DNA of 64,000 nt from Antedon mediterranea (lineage: Eukaryota > Animalia > Echinodermata): positions 20,818,795 to 20,882,794 of the forward strand of contig NC_092670.1 of the NCBI RefSeq assembly GCF_964355755.1, read 5' to 3'. Position numbers and translations under genes: made by a program. Positions within the stretch are counted from its first letter, which is position 1. Every line of letters starts with the position of its first letter. This document shows, in pieces, positions 32,605 through 44,877 of the stretch. The notes under the pieces were generated by a model. It had not been told where the DNA came from, did no database searches, and saw nothing but the letters and a program-made list of their open reading frames with translations.

Positions 32605-33911
32605 TCATACTTCTTTTGCTTGGTCAATTGCATGGTACCGCTTTTTCACGAAATCTGAAGCTTTCTTATCTCCATGACGATTACTCAAAATGGTAAACAT
32701 TGTCTGGTCTTCCGCTAGAAATAGATAATATAAATATTACATAATAGAATTAGTAGCTCACTGAAAAAAATACAGTTAATGTATTATAATACAGAGTCTA
32801 CAATTCCATTATTCATGAATTCATTCTTTATTTCAGATAAGTGATAGAGACATAACAAAAAAAATGTATTCTTAGAAGTCAAATATAAAATTATATCAAA
32901 GTAGTGCTGAACCTATGCATATACATTATAAGACTATTGTAAAGCTTTGTCTTCATTATCAAACTTTATGTGACAACAAAATGTGATGTCATATCACTAC
33001 CATATTTAAGCATATCACTACCATATTTGGGCACATCACACTTTTTTTGATAGTGTAGACAGGGCTTTAGTTTATATTATGTAGTATTGTATTTAACAAT
33101 GTTATAGCTGAATAAGTAAACAAATTCAATCAGTTAAGTTGCTTTGAAATGGTCTAACCTGTTAGAACTGGTTTCACAAGCTTAAGCGAATGCTGCTGAG
33201 ATGCCCCTTGTAGGTTTATTCCAGGAATTGTTTCCAACGATATCATCGCCTCTCCTTCTAAATCATTTGAAAACATCATATCATGATCCATCACGCTGAA
33301 CACTACACTAGCTCCTCTTTTTTTACACTGTTCTTCTCGGATATTACTGCAATAAAATATATAAAAGAAACAAATGAGTTCTTGCACTTTATTGCCCCAG
33401 CAGCCAACTTTGAGAAGAGTAGGCAACAGGACTTAGTTAAGAAAATTAAATTGAACTCTAACGTCCCTGAATAATAAATATTTCATATTATTGCTATTAT
33501 TGTTTCGAAAAATACAATGATAATATACAACACATAGTCATGTCATGTGTAATAATCAATAAAACTTACAATTCAAAACTTTGATTAAAAACTGGATTTA
33601 ATGTTTTCTTTATAACCTTTGTTCTCTGTGGATCTAAATTGAACATGTGACGGGGGCAAAGTTCAATCATCACAAAAGGGTCACTAACACCTGAAATAAA
33701 AAAAAATATTTAAAAAATGAATTTATGAAATATTTAATTTTGGAAAATTACCTCTAATAATAATAATTAATTTAATTAATATTTTCTTACCATTACAATC
33801 AAGTGCCCTGAGATTTTTCGCTTTGTTGACTTCAACAATCAGCTTACTGTCCATTGGGTTGTAGTAGCAGACGACATCTAGTTCACCATATGAATTGTCT
33901 GACCTACTCAT
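32605..33911 (-). CDS. BAIAP3: Last four exons of the BAIAP3-like gene: C2B domain and C-terminus
   Basis: LIVEVNKAKNLRALDCNGVSDPFVMIELCP..RTKVIKKTLNPVFNQSFEF..FSVMDHDMMFSNDLEGEA..LSNRHGDKKASDFVKKR..EV*. Confidence 0.9.
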
Positions 33912-36900
33912 CTAAACAAAGAATAACAGAACTTAAATATATATAACCAATCATGTATGGTGTGGTCATTTCAATATATGGCATTGTTTGAAAGACTTTT
34001 GGGCATACATTTTAGAACGGAGCATTGTAGTACAATAAATAATTAGAAACAAGATATAGGGTGATGACTTATACTCATGTCTCTGGTTGTGTTTGTTGTA
34101 CTGTCAGTGGGCCTAGGCTAGAGTTAGGAGTGATGACACTAGACACTTACTTGTTCCTGAGCACGTCGACTGTAGTATGAGGTGATAATTTCCTCCGTTG
34201 TTGACTTGTTGGTTACAAGACACGAGAGTAAAATCTTATAATCTTCTATCATAAGGTCTTCCATTGAAAGACCTTTTCCATCAGCGTTGAAAAACTCCAA
34301 GAGAATCTGGAACAGTAGAATAAATCCGATATTAGTACTCAGCAGTCTTTAAAGATCCAAATGGTTGACTCAAGATTGGTCAGTCGAGTGAGAGGAAAAT
34401 TCGAAATTCGAAAAAAAAAAAGATTGCGTGTGTCAAAAAAAGATTGAGTCAATCAAATCAAACACATTATTCCTGAAACTACATAGCCTAACTTCAATTG
34501 GATTATTTAATTATGGTAGATGTATCAATTGATCATAATCCCATAGAGAAATCACTGTAATCAATTTTTTAATTTTGTTTCAAAACGTACCTCAAGAGCA
34601 GAATGAAGCCGAACAAAGAACTCAAGACCTTTCTAAAAAAATAAACGAAAACAAACATGATTACAATACATATCCCATCTTTAACTGTAAAAAAAGTTAT
34701 TTGTTGTGGCTGCAACTGTTGATTTATCATAATATGAAACTATTGTATTACCATAGAGATATCTAGAGACTATCTCTATGGTAATACACATCATTGCAGA
34801 CAAATTTGTGAAAGACTCTGTCTACACTATCAGAATTTATGTGACAAAAAAAAGTGATGTGCCCATATTTGGACATGATGTTAATATCACTACTACCATA
34901 TTTGGACATATCACACTTTTTTTGTCAAACTAGTTTGATAGTGTAGAGCTTTAGGAAACTTGTGTCTTATAAGGTTCAGATAGTGATGCTGTTTCCTGCC
35001 ATTCATTTTAAATAAAAATTATTCAATTTAAAAAAAATGATGAACAGCAATGATACAGTTGTGGACAGATGAACGGGTGCCGTTTGGTGTCAGCACTTGA
35101 CACAAAGTGAACTTTAGGGGAGAAGAAAGTTCTTGTATGTGTTGTTTATTCCTGCGCGCAATTGAGCTCAGTTAAGCTGCAAGGTAATTTTTAACAACTT
35201 TTTTTTATTTTGTTTCTATTTAATTTGTATATAAAGATACAAAAAACTTACCAATTTGTTAAAATATTATTATTATTTTAGTGTGACTAAAAGTATTGTT
35301 ATGTTGGTGTAGTACATGCTGAACATGCCAAAAAATGAAAGTACTTCAAATGTGAAATTAGTATTAACATGTTAGATTGAACAATACATGCAAAAAATAT
35401 TATTATATCCTTATATTGTATAACATTTATTAATTTGTTTTTAATTAGAATCTATAAATATATAATTATAAAAACAAAAACATAATGGATTCTAGACAAT
35501 CCAAGTTTATCCTTAGCACAGAAGAATCAGGATCCAGAAAAAGTGCTAACATTTTAAAAAAGCAACAAGAATGAAATTAAAAATTTAAAAGTTAATCTAA
35601 TATAAACACTCTAATTTGACAAGATTTGCCAATCAAGAAAAAGAACTAGGGAAACAGAGTAACAACAAGTCAAGTCTGTAACAATGTCTACCTGTTTATT
35701 TCCACTATAAATTTGCGTCATCTTCTCAAAAATAAACCGTCGTCCATATTTACTTAACACTAAACATTCGCCTATTTCTCCCTACATTATCAAATTAAAT
35801 TAAATTATTTTATTTTTATATTACAACACATCCACAGCAAGCATATGACTCACCAACTAAATGATAGGAAAGAAAATTGTGATCTCTAAGCTAATACCCA
35901 TTTCACAATACCTAGCAAAATTCTGGAGTTTACACCAGCGTTTTGTTTGTCACAATCAAATATTCTGCCTTGAGCTAACTTTTATATTGAATGTGTATAT
36001 GCACTAAGCTGGTCTGCAAAATATATATGTACAGTATGTATGTGTGTTTTATTTAACCTTCCGCTTCTGTTTTGAACCTCACCTGGTGGTTTTCCCGGCA
36101 ATGGTACTTTTAATCCTGTCAATTCGTTTATTTATTCTTTTTATGGTATCTTAACAAATGTAACTATAGTCTTTAGTAGGGCCTCCAATCACAAGCCCCT
36201 TGGGGTTTCCTGGAGGTCCTTTTCATCTTTAAAAATATGTTTTACTCCTTGTTTGTTTTGTGTTTTGTTTGCTTATGAGATGAATAAAGAGAAATTATAA
36301 ATACAGTATATGCTCATTATTTCAGAAGGCAATTTTCATGGGTTCATAGTAATATAATTACATATTATAATGCCACTTATGAGATGTCATACTGTTTCTG
36401 TTTACTCATAACAATCATAACCATAAAATTAATACATAAAATGTATTAATTTTTGTTTTTCTGAAAATATGTGCCCTACACAAGTACCAATATTTGAATC
36501 CAATATATATAAAGGTGTATAAATATAACAACATGCTAATTATTACAAAAATTAACATAAATATATAAAGTATATATTTTATCTTTGATATTGTAAAAAT
36601 AAAGTATAAAAGGATAAAATAAATACATAAGTATATAGTATTCTACCTATATATGTAAACTGATAAGTAGATAAAAGTATTGTAACAATAATATTGTATC
36701 ATATATTATATGATAAAATCAACATAAATAATACTATAATATTATTACTATAATATTATTACTATAATATAATAAGTATATAATTATGTAGTGCCCGTTT
36801 TTGTCTACCTGTTCCTCTTTTGATGTTGATGATTTCCTTAACTTCAAAGACTTAGATTTAATCTACAAAGTCCACATAGACACAAAGATATTAAAAAGGT

Positions 36901-39900
36901 GTTTGGAATAGAGGTGAAAGGGAGAATCACAATACAGCATGGTTAGTTAATGTCAGCTAATTGGTAGGTAAATAGCCTGTACAGTTTTTAAAGTGCTGTC
37001 TACACTATCAAAACTAGTTTGATAACAATGGTGTGATGTGCCCAAATATGGTAGTGATATGATTTCATCATGTCCATATATGGCCACATCACATTTTTGC
37101 CACATAAAGTTTGATAGTGTTGACAGAGCTTAAGGAGTGTAAAATGTGAACAATTAAAAAAATCAAGAATCCTTGATTACCATCATCATCATCTTGTATG
37201 GGCATGAAAAGAAAGAAATAACTAGACACCTCTCTTCCTCCCCCAAAAAAATGATTTTTCTTTAAAAAGTTTTAAATTATGCTGTTAATAAATAGCATGC
37301 AAAGATATTCACACAAAAAAAAACATGCATGCTGGTTTTAAACCCTGTCCTAATCAAATTTAGAATTAAAAAACAAAGATATTCAAATAGCTAAAAAATC
37401 ATGCATGCTGGTTTTAAATTCAAAATATGATTTAAAATAAAAATAATTAAAAATATTTCTCTATAAATTTAAACATATTCAATCCGCCCACAGAAATGAA
37501 TTACACTTTCATGTATATATTAAAAGCATTGTTTTAAACATTATAATCTCATGCAGATATGATGCAAGAAAAAGTCTACCTTCATGGTTGGGAGAGCACC
37601 TATTTTCTTTTTGGTGTAATCGGTGATGGTGGATTTTAGTACCTGAATTGTATGGGTACCAAGGCTATGACCATTATGTTGATTTTGATTATGTTGCTGT
37701 TAGAAATGAAACACAAGGAAACATTACAGAAACATATATGGCAACACTTTGGTGTAATCACTCATGGTTGATTAGTACCTACAGTGTGTGGGTACCAAGG
37801 CTATGACCATTATGTTGATTTTGATTATGTTGCTGTTAGAAATGAAACACAAAGAAACATTACAGAAACACATGGCAACACTTTGGTGTAATCACTTGTG
37901 GTTGATTAGTACCTATATTGTATGGGTACCAAGGCTATGACCATTATGGTGATTTTGATTATGTTCCTGTTAGAAATGAAACACAAAGAAACATTACAGA
38001 AACATATGGCAACACTTTGGTGTAATCACTTGTGGTTGATTAGTTCCTATATTGTATGGGTACCAAGGCTATGACCATTATGGTGATTTTGATTATGTTG
38101 CTGTTAGAAATGAAACACAAAGAAACATTACAGAAACATATGGCAACACTTTGGTGTAATCACTTGTGGTTGATTAGTACCTATATTGTATGGGGACCAA
38201 GGCTACGACCATTATGGTGGTGATGATTATGTTACTGTTAGATAAAACACAGAGAAACATTAAAGAAACATATGGCAACATTTTGGTGTAATCACTTGTG
38301 GTTGATTAGTACCTATATTGTGTGAGGACCAAGGCTATGACCATTTTGGTGATTACTGTATGTTGAAATGAAACACATTTGGCAGCATATAAAAACCACA
38401 AACAAATGAATTAGCTCAAAACCACGCATTTTTTTTCAGCAATTAGGGAACAAAAAAGCAAAGAAGAACAGCCCACTGACGAAAAATGAATGAATCATAC
38501 TATTTTTTTTTTTTATCAAACACAGGAGATATCAAATATAAAAAATTCTAAACATAGGCCTATACTGGAGTTAATAAGTGGATACTGTCACTTAGTAGTA
38601 GTAGTAGTAGCACAGATAGCTTAGTTTACCAGTTGCATTTTGTATAATACTGTATATAATGGAACAACATTCAATAAAATATTATTTATACCAACACCAG
38701 CTACTATTATGAAATGATATTGATACTTAAACTAAAATATACCTACCCTTAAATCATGGTGATATTATACCATTTGGCAGCTTTATTGATTAAAAGTGTA
38801 GATTATGATAATAATGATAATAATTTACAATAATTCATATATTAAGTATGGTTAAACGATACTATAGAAGGTGTAGTTTCACAATTTGTGCATAGATAGA
38901 TAGGAATACAAACAATATGTTTTCATCTCACACGTTTTTGTCAGCTACACTGTACCTGATAGTACCTACAAATTGTGTGTTGTAATTGGACTACAATATA
39001 ATCATTTAATAACACAATAAAATAACAAAGGACAAATTTTATTTAAATAGTACGCTTGACTTACCTCATGTTCACCTATGACCTGCTCTCTCATTTCATC
39101 TAAAACAACTTGCCACAAAGTTTCGAGAATTCTGAAAGAGAAACAAAAATTTTAGACCTCATCAAGGCGATAATTTACCTTCTGTATACAAGTCAATAAA
39201 ATGTGTTGTGAACTCATCGTCAAGCCGTTGACGAGTGAACATCGTCTGTTATTTGGCTCCGCATACAATGCTGTAAGCCAACTTGCATGTTTGACTCGTG
39301 GCAATTACTGTATATTATATAACACCTATATAAATTCCTGTCACTTGATTGGACGAATGTGGGTCACATGCCGTGCAATAGTACGCACTATTCAACGATC
39401 GTTAAATAGTACTTTTTGAAACATTTTTGTGTACGAAAAAAAAACGTCTAGATGTTATATAAAACAAATAATGAATGTTTTGTATTCGTGTAATGGTACA
39501 AATAATGGCACTTGGTGAATGATGAAAGGTTATATCAACTCGGCTTTGCCTCGTTGATATAACCTTTCATCATTCACCTCGTGCCATTATTTGTACCATT
39601 GCACTCATAAACATTCATTATTTGTATACTATTCAACAGTGCCTCATTACCTTGTATGTGTATTGGATACGTGAGTTTTGAGTTTTATTTATATTTGATT
39701 TATTTGAACTGTCTACTGACGAATTAAGAGGATGCCTTCTAAAGCCGTACTTGATGTTCTAGCTTCGGCCGAGTTGAGTAAACTAATATCAGACAGTATC
39801 TCAACAGCGCTGACCGGTCCCGCCTTTCGAGCAACCATGAAAGCGATATTGGATGAAGTTTTCAATGAAAAAATGGAAGCTAAATTGAAACCCTTGTTTG

Positions 39901-42900
39901 ATAGGTTAGACCAGGGTGAAACTAGAATTAGTGAACTAGAGGACATTACAAAATCTGTTCCGACTCACAACACTGTTATTTCTGAACTTGAACTTAAAAT
40001 TAGACGTCAAGATTCCTTGATCGATGATTTAGAGCAATACTCCCGTCGGAACTCATTAAGGATATACGGTGTGAAGGAGTCTGACGCCGAAAACACGGAT
40101 AACGTTGTGAGTGATATTTGTAATGTCAAGCTTGGTATTAAGTGTTGTATTGGCGATATTGACCGATCTCATCGCGTTGGGAGGAAGAACTCAGATCGAC
40201 CTAGAGCCATCTTAGTTAAACTCGTTTCGTATAACCTAAGGAACAAGATAATCACGTCTAGGAAAAAACTCAAAGGTTCTGGTGTATCAATACATGAAGA
40301 TCTGACCAAGACCCGTAGTGACTTTTTGCATCGAGTTTATACACACCAAAACGTTTCTAGATCCTGGTCATCGGGAGGACGAATTTATGCAACTTTTACC
40401 AACCGTGGGACAACAGTCACCGCGCTAATAAAATCGCTTGATCAACTTGGTTAATTTCTCAAGATTACTCAGACTGACTACAAAAAGAACTGTTTTCTTT
40501 TGTTGTTTTTTTTTGTTTTTTCCTTGTGAACAGTTAATGCCTGCTGTAACCGCCATTTTATTATTTCATTGCATCTTGAATAAATTAGTCGGTTCTTGTT
40601 GTTTACGTCCTTGAACATTCAAACTGTATTAGCATATTAGTGTATGTGTTCAATTAAATTCCGTATTTGAATATCTGTACCACCTTTTAATATTTGCATA
40701 TCTTGATTTCTTCCTTGAATATTTTAACTGTATTAGCATATTAGTGTATGTCTTTGTTCTTTTGAATTCCGTATTTGCATATCTGTACCACCTTTTGATA
40801 TTTGCATATCTTGTTTTCTTCCTTGAATATTTAAACTGTATATGCATCTGTGTATGTCAATTGAATTCTGTACTTGCATAATTTGTACCGATTTTTCTGT
40901 CCGCATATATTGATTTCACTTAATCAATTGTACACCTATTTGCTTTATATTTACTGCTGTCTAATTTTGCATTTTTAATTTTTGCCTCGTCTCTAAACAT
41001 GTCCTGAATCGATCTCGGCTGCTCTTTCATTTGCTAGTTTTTTATTTTATCAATGTTTAATGTTCCGTCTAATTGTTCTATGTCGTCTCGTCCTACGCAT
41101 CCCTCCAGGGGCACGCATGATGATATTGTATTTAACCCCTTCTCGAACGCTGAAAATTTAAATTCTGAAAGAGATCCTGATAATCAATTTTACACCAATA
41201 AAATTATTTCTAAATACTACCACTCTGATGATTTTATAAATGCCACTAAAAATATTGATAGAAACAATTGTCTATCAATGATACACTTTAACTCTAGAAG
41301 CTTACAACGTAACATTGATTCTATATGTACGTTTCTGAAATCCATTAATTTTACTTTTGATATCATTGCAGGTAGTGAAACATGGCTTGACACTGATAAT
41401 CCAGTTGTTCAAATTCCAAATTACGCTTTTGTTTCTAAAAACAGAGAACTTAAGCGCGGCGGTGGTGTTGGTATATATGTCCACGAACATCTTTCATTTA
41501 AAGTTCGACATGACGTCAGCATGCCTGAATCTGTTTGTGATTCTATCTTTATCGAAATTGAACAATCCTCACAATCTAATATTATTATCGGTTGTATTTA
41601 TAGAGCTGGTAGTCTTGATTTTAATTATTTTTCTGATTTGTTTGATGATATATTAATTAAATTAAATGGTGAAAAGAAATCTGTTTACTTACTCGGAGAC
41701 TTTAATATCGATTTAATCCAATACCAGTATGATAATCGTGTTAATATGTTTATGAATTCTCTTTTTAGCAACTCATTTCTACCTCTTATTCACAGACCTA
41801 CTAGAATGACCGATACAACGGCAACCCTCTTAGATCATATTCATACAAACGAATTTCGATATGAAAATCTAAGTGGAGCTTTCTTCTGCGATGCTACCGA
41901 TCATCTTCCTGTGTTTAATATTGTTTACACTCCAATTGATAAACAATATAATTATCATGAACTTCCACCCTCTAGAAATTTCAGTCCCGAAAATATTAAC
42001 AAATTTAAATTAAAACTTTATTTAACGTCATGGGATCATGTTATTTCCAATAATGATCCAAATTCAGCTTACAACTTATTTGAAACATCTTTAAATGACA
42101 TTTATAATACCTGTTTTCCTTTTAAGTCCAAATTAAAAAAGAATGTAAATATCCAGCCCTGGGTTACAAGTAGCATTCTTAAATCGATTAAGCACAAGCA
42201 AAAACTTTATTCCAGATTTTTAAAAAACCCAACGTCTAAGAATGAAACGATGTTTAAACGATATCGTAATTTGCTCATTACTATAATTCGCTCTTCAAAA
42301 TCTGATTACTTTCTTAAGATCTTCACCAAACATCAACACAATATTAAAAAAACTTGGTCTACAATTAGAAATGTACTTCATACTACTCCCAGCAAAAGCA
42401 ACAATGTAAAACGTATTAATTGTAATGGTACCTTAACTAGTGATCCAAAGATTATTGCTAGCTTCAATGACTTTTTTGTTGACATTGGACCCACACTTGC
42501 CAGTAAAATTCCACATGATCGCAATATTAGTATTACTGACTATTTACCCAATTCCGTTGCGCAGTCTCTATTTATAAACCCAGTTGATGAAAATGAAATT
42601 CTCAAAATTATTTCCTCATTTGGCAACAACAAAGCTCCTGGTTTAGATGGATTTAATACTTTTGTTATTAAACAATCTGCATATTTTATTTCCAAACCCC
42701 TTTGTCATATCTTTAATTCTTCGATTTTACGCGGTATTTTTCCAGACAAATTAAAGCGCGCTATTGTAACTCCCGTCTTTAAATCCGGTAACACCTCTGA
42801 AATCAGCAACTACCGCCCTATTTCTATTCTCTCTATTTTTTCGAAATTATTTGAACGCATTATATATGATCGAACTTATTCCTTTCTTCAAAAGAATAAT

Positions 42901-44844
42901 GTCCTCTTTCAGCATCAGTTTGGATTTAGAAAAGGCTACTCCACCTCAATGGCACTTATTGAGCTGACTAATTATATTTTAGATGCTTTTGAAGAAAATA
43001 AATTATCCATGGGAATTTTGATTGATTTATCGAAAGCTTTTGACACCATTGACCACAACCTCTTGTTATCTAAGCTTTCTCACTATGGCGTTAGAGGGAT
43101 TGCACTTGATTTATTCAAGAGCTATCTTCTTGACCGCACTCAGTGCACAAAATTCAATAATAATACATCGGATTTCCGATCCATCTCGTGTGGCGTTCCA
43201 CAAGGGTCATTGCTTGGCCCTCTATTATTCATAATTTATATTAATGATTTTTATAATTCCTCCATTCTCTCGTCTTTCTTATATGCTGATGACACCACTA
43301 TTTTATATTCGCATAGTGACATTAATACACTATTTGATGTTGTTAACAACGAACTTAAGTCTGTTTTAAAATATTTTTCAGCTAATAAACTTTCGGTAAA
43401 CTTTAAAAAATGCAGTGCTATTATTTTTCACAGTCCTAACAAATCCTTCATTCTTGGAAATAACTTAATTTTGTTAAATAATATTAATATTCCGCTCACT
43501 GATACCGTCCAGTTTCTTGGAGTTTTTCTTGACTCTAAATTAACATGGAAATGTCATATTGATTCGGTTGCTTCGAAGGTTTAAAAAAATATAGGAATTA
43601 TCTATAGGCTTTCTCACTATATCCCTTTAACAATTTTGCGTTTATTATATTGCTCTCTTATTTTGCCCTACCTAAATTATTGCAATATTGTTTGGGCTAA
43701 TAATTACAAGACATCTATTGATAGACTTATTATTTTACAAAAAAAGGCCATTAGGCTTATTACCCATTCGAATCGTCTTTCTCATACTTCGCCTATTTTT
43801 TCCGTACATAATTTTCTTAAATTAGCTGATATCAATCTTTTTCAACAAATGTCATTTATTTATGACTCTTTGACAGCTGATTCTCCTTCATCTCATCTTT
43901 TCAAATTTAATCACTAAGTTCATAATTATAATACTCGTATTGCACAAGACCTACATTTGCCAAAACCAAGACTCACTGCCTTTAAACATTCAATCAGATA
44001 TACTGGTCCCATGAATTGGAATAAAATTCCTTTTCAAATTAAACATTCGGCTACTAAATTTTTATTTAATAAAACATTCAAATCTTTCCTCATTTCTAAA
44101 TATAATGTTTTCCCCTGGTGATGTGTGTTCGGGTGTGTCTGTGCATGTTCTGTTTGTTGATGTCTGTTTGTGTTGTGATTCGTGTCCTGTAAGTTTGTTC
44201 TGTACCTGTGTGTTTGTTGTTCCGTCTAACTTATATATTACTTCATTGTGTAGGCTTCCACATCACAGGCTTGCCTTTCGTGGATTGCCATCTTTTTTTC
44301 CACATGTTGCTGTTCTTTTTATATAAGGTATTATTTGATGTTATCAATATATTAAAAAAAAAATTAAATTATTTATTTATATATAATTTACACAGTGCTA
44401 TGCAACACAATTGATTTGTATATATGTATGTGTGTGTGTGTATGTATATAGCTCTGCTTACTTTTCTGGCTGTTTACTTTATCGTTTTGATTTAGTTTTT
44501 CGCTTTTTTTTGTATCTCCTTTGAGATCCAGCCACTGATACCCATAGCATTGTCATTTTTTTCAGTAATTTGCCTTTGGATTTATATATATTTGTATATA
44601 TATATTTATATGTTCTTTGCCTGATTTGTTTATATATAAATATTGTATATTTATATATATATGTAACTGAAAATAGTCTATATAGGCTATATATTTATAT
44701 TATATTTCCTCATCTTTATCGTTTCAAATTAATTAATTAACATTTCAGTATATCGCCGGGCTGTTTAGAATTAATGTTTATTGTCTGATGAGTTTGTGTG
44801 TATGTATGTATGTATATATGTATATGTGTGTGTGTGTATGTATA

Positions 44845-44877
<33 letters not shown>

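Larger units (their letters stand above)
39732..44121 (+). mobile_element. Near full-length CR1/L2-group non-LTR retrotransposon, antisense in a BAIAP3-like intron
   Basis: ORF1 followed by an APE-RT ORF2 within the intron 39132-45524. UTR limits and TSD were not resolved. Confidence 0.92.

Noticed and set aside
35930-36300. Possible 3' tail of another L2/CR1-type LINE (acaagcccc...ggggttt stem followed by aataaa)
   Set aside because: No coding relic is visible; too weak to call without a repeat library.
43582-43917. Programmed frameshift or separate ORF3 in the LINE
   Set aside because: ORF 43636-43917 is in the same frame as ORF2; simple nonsense mutations explain the breaks.
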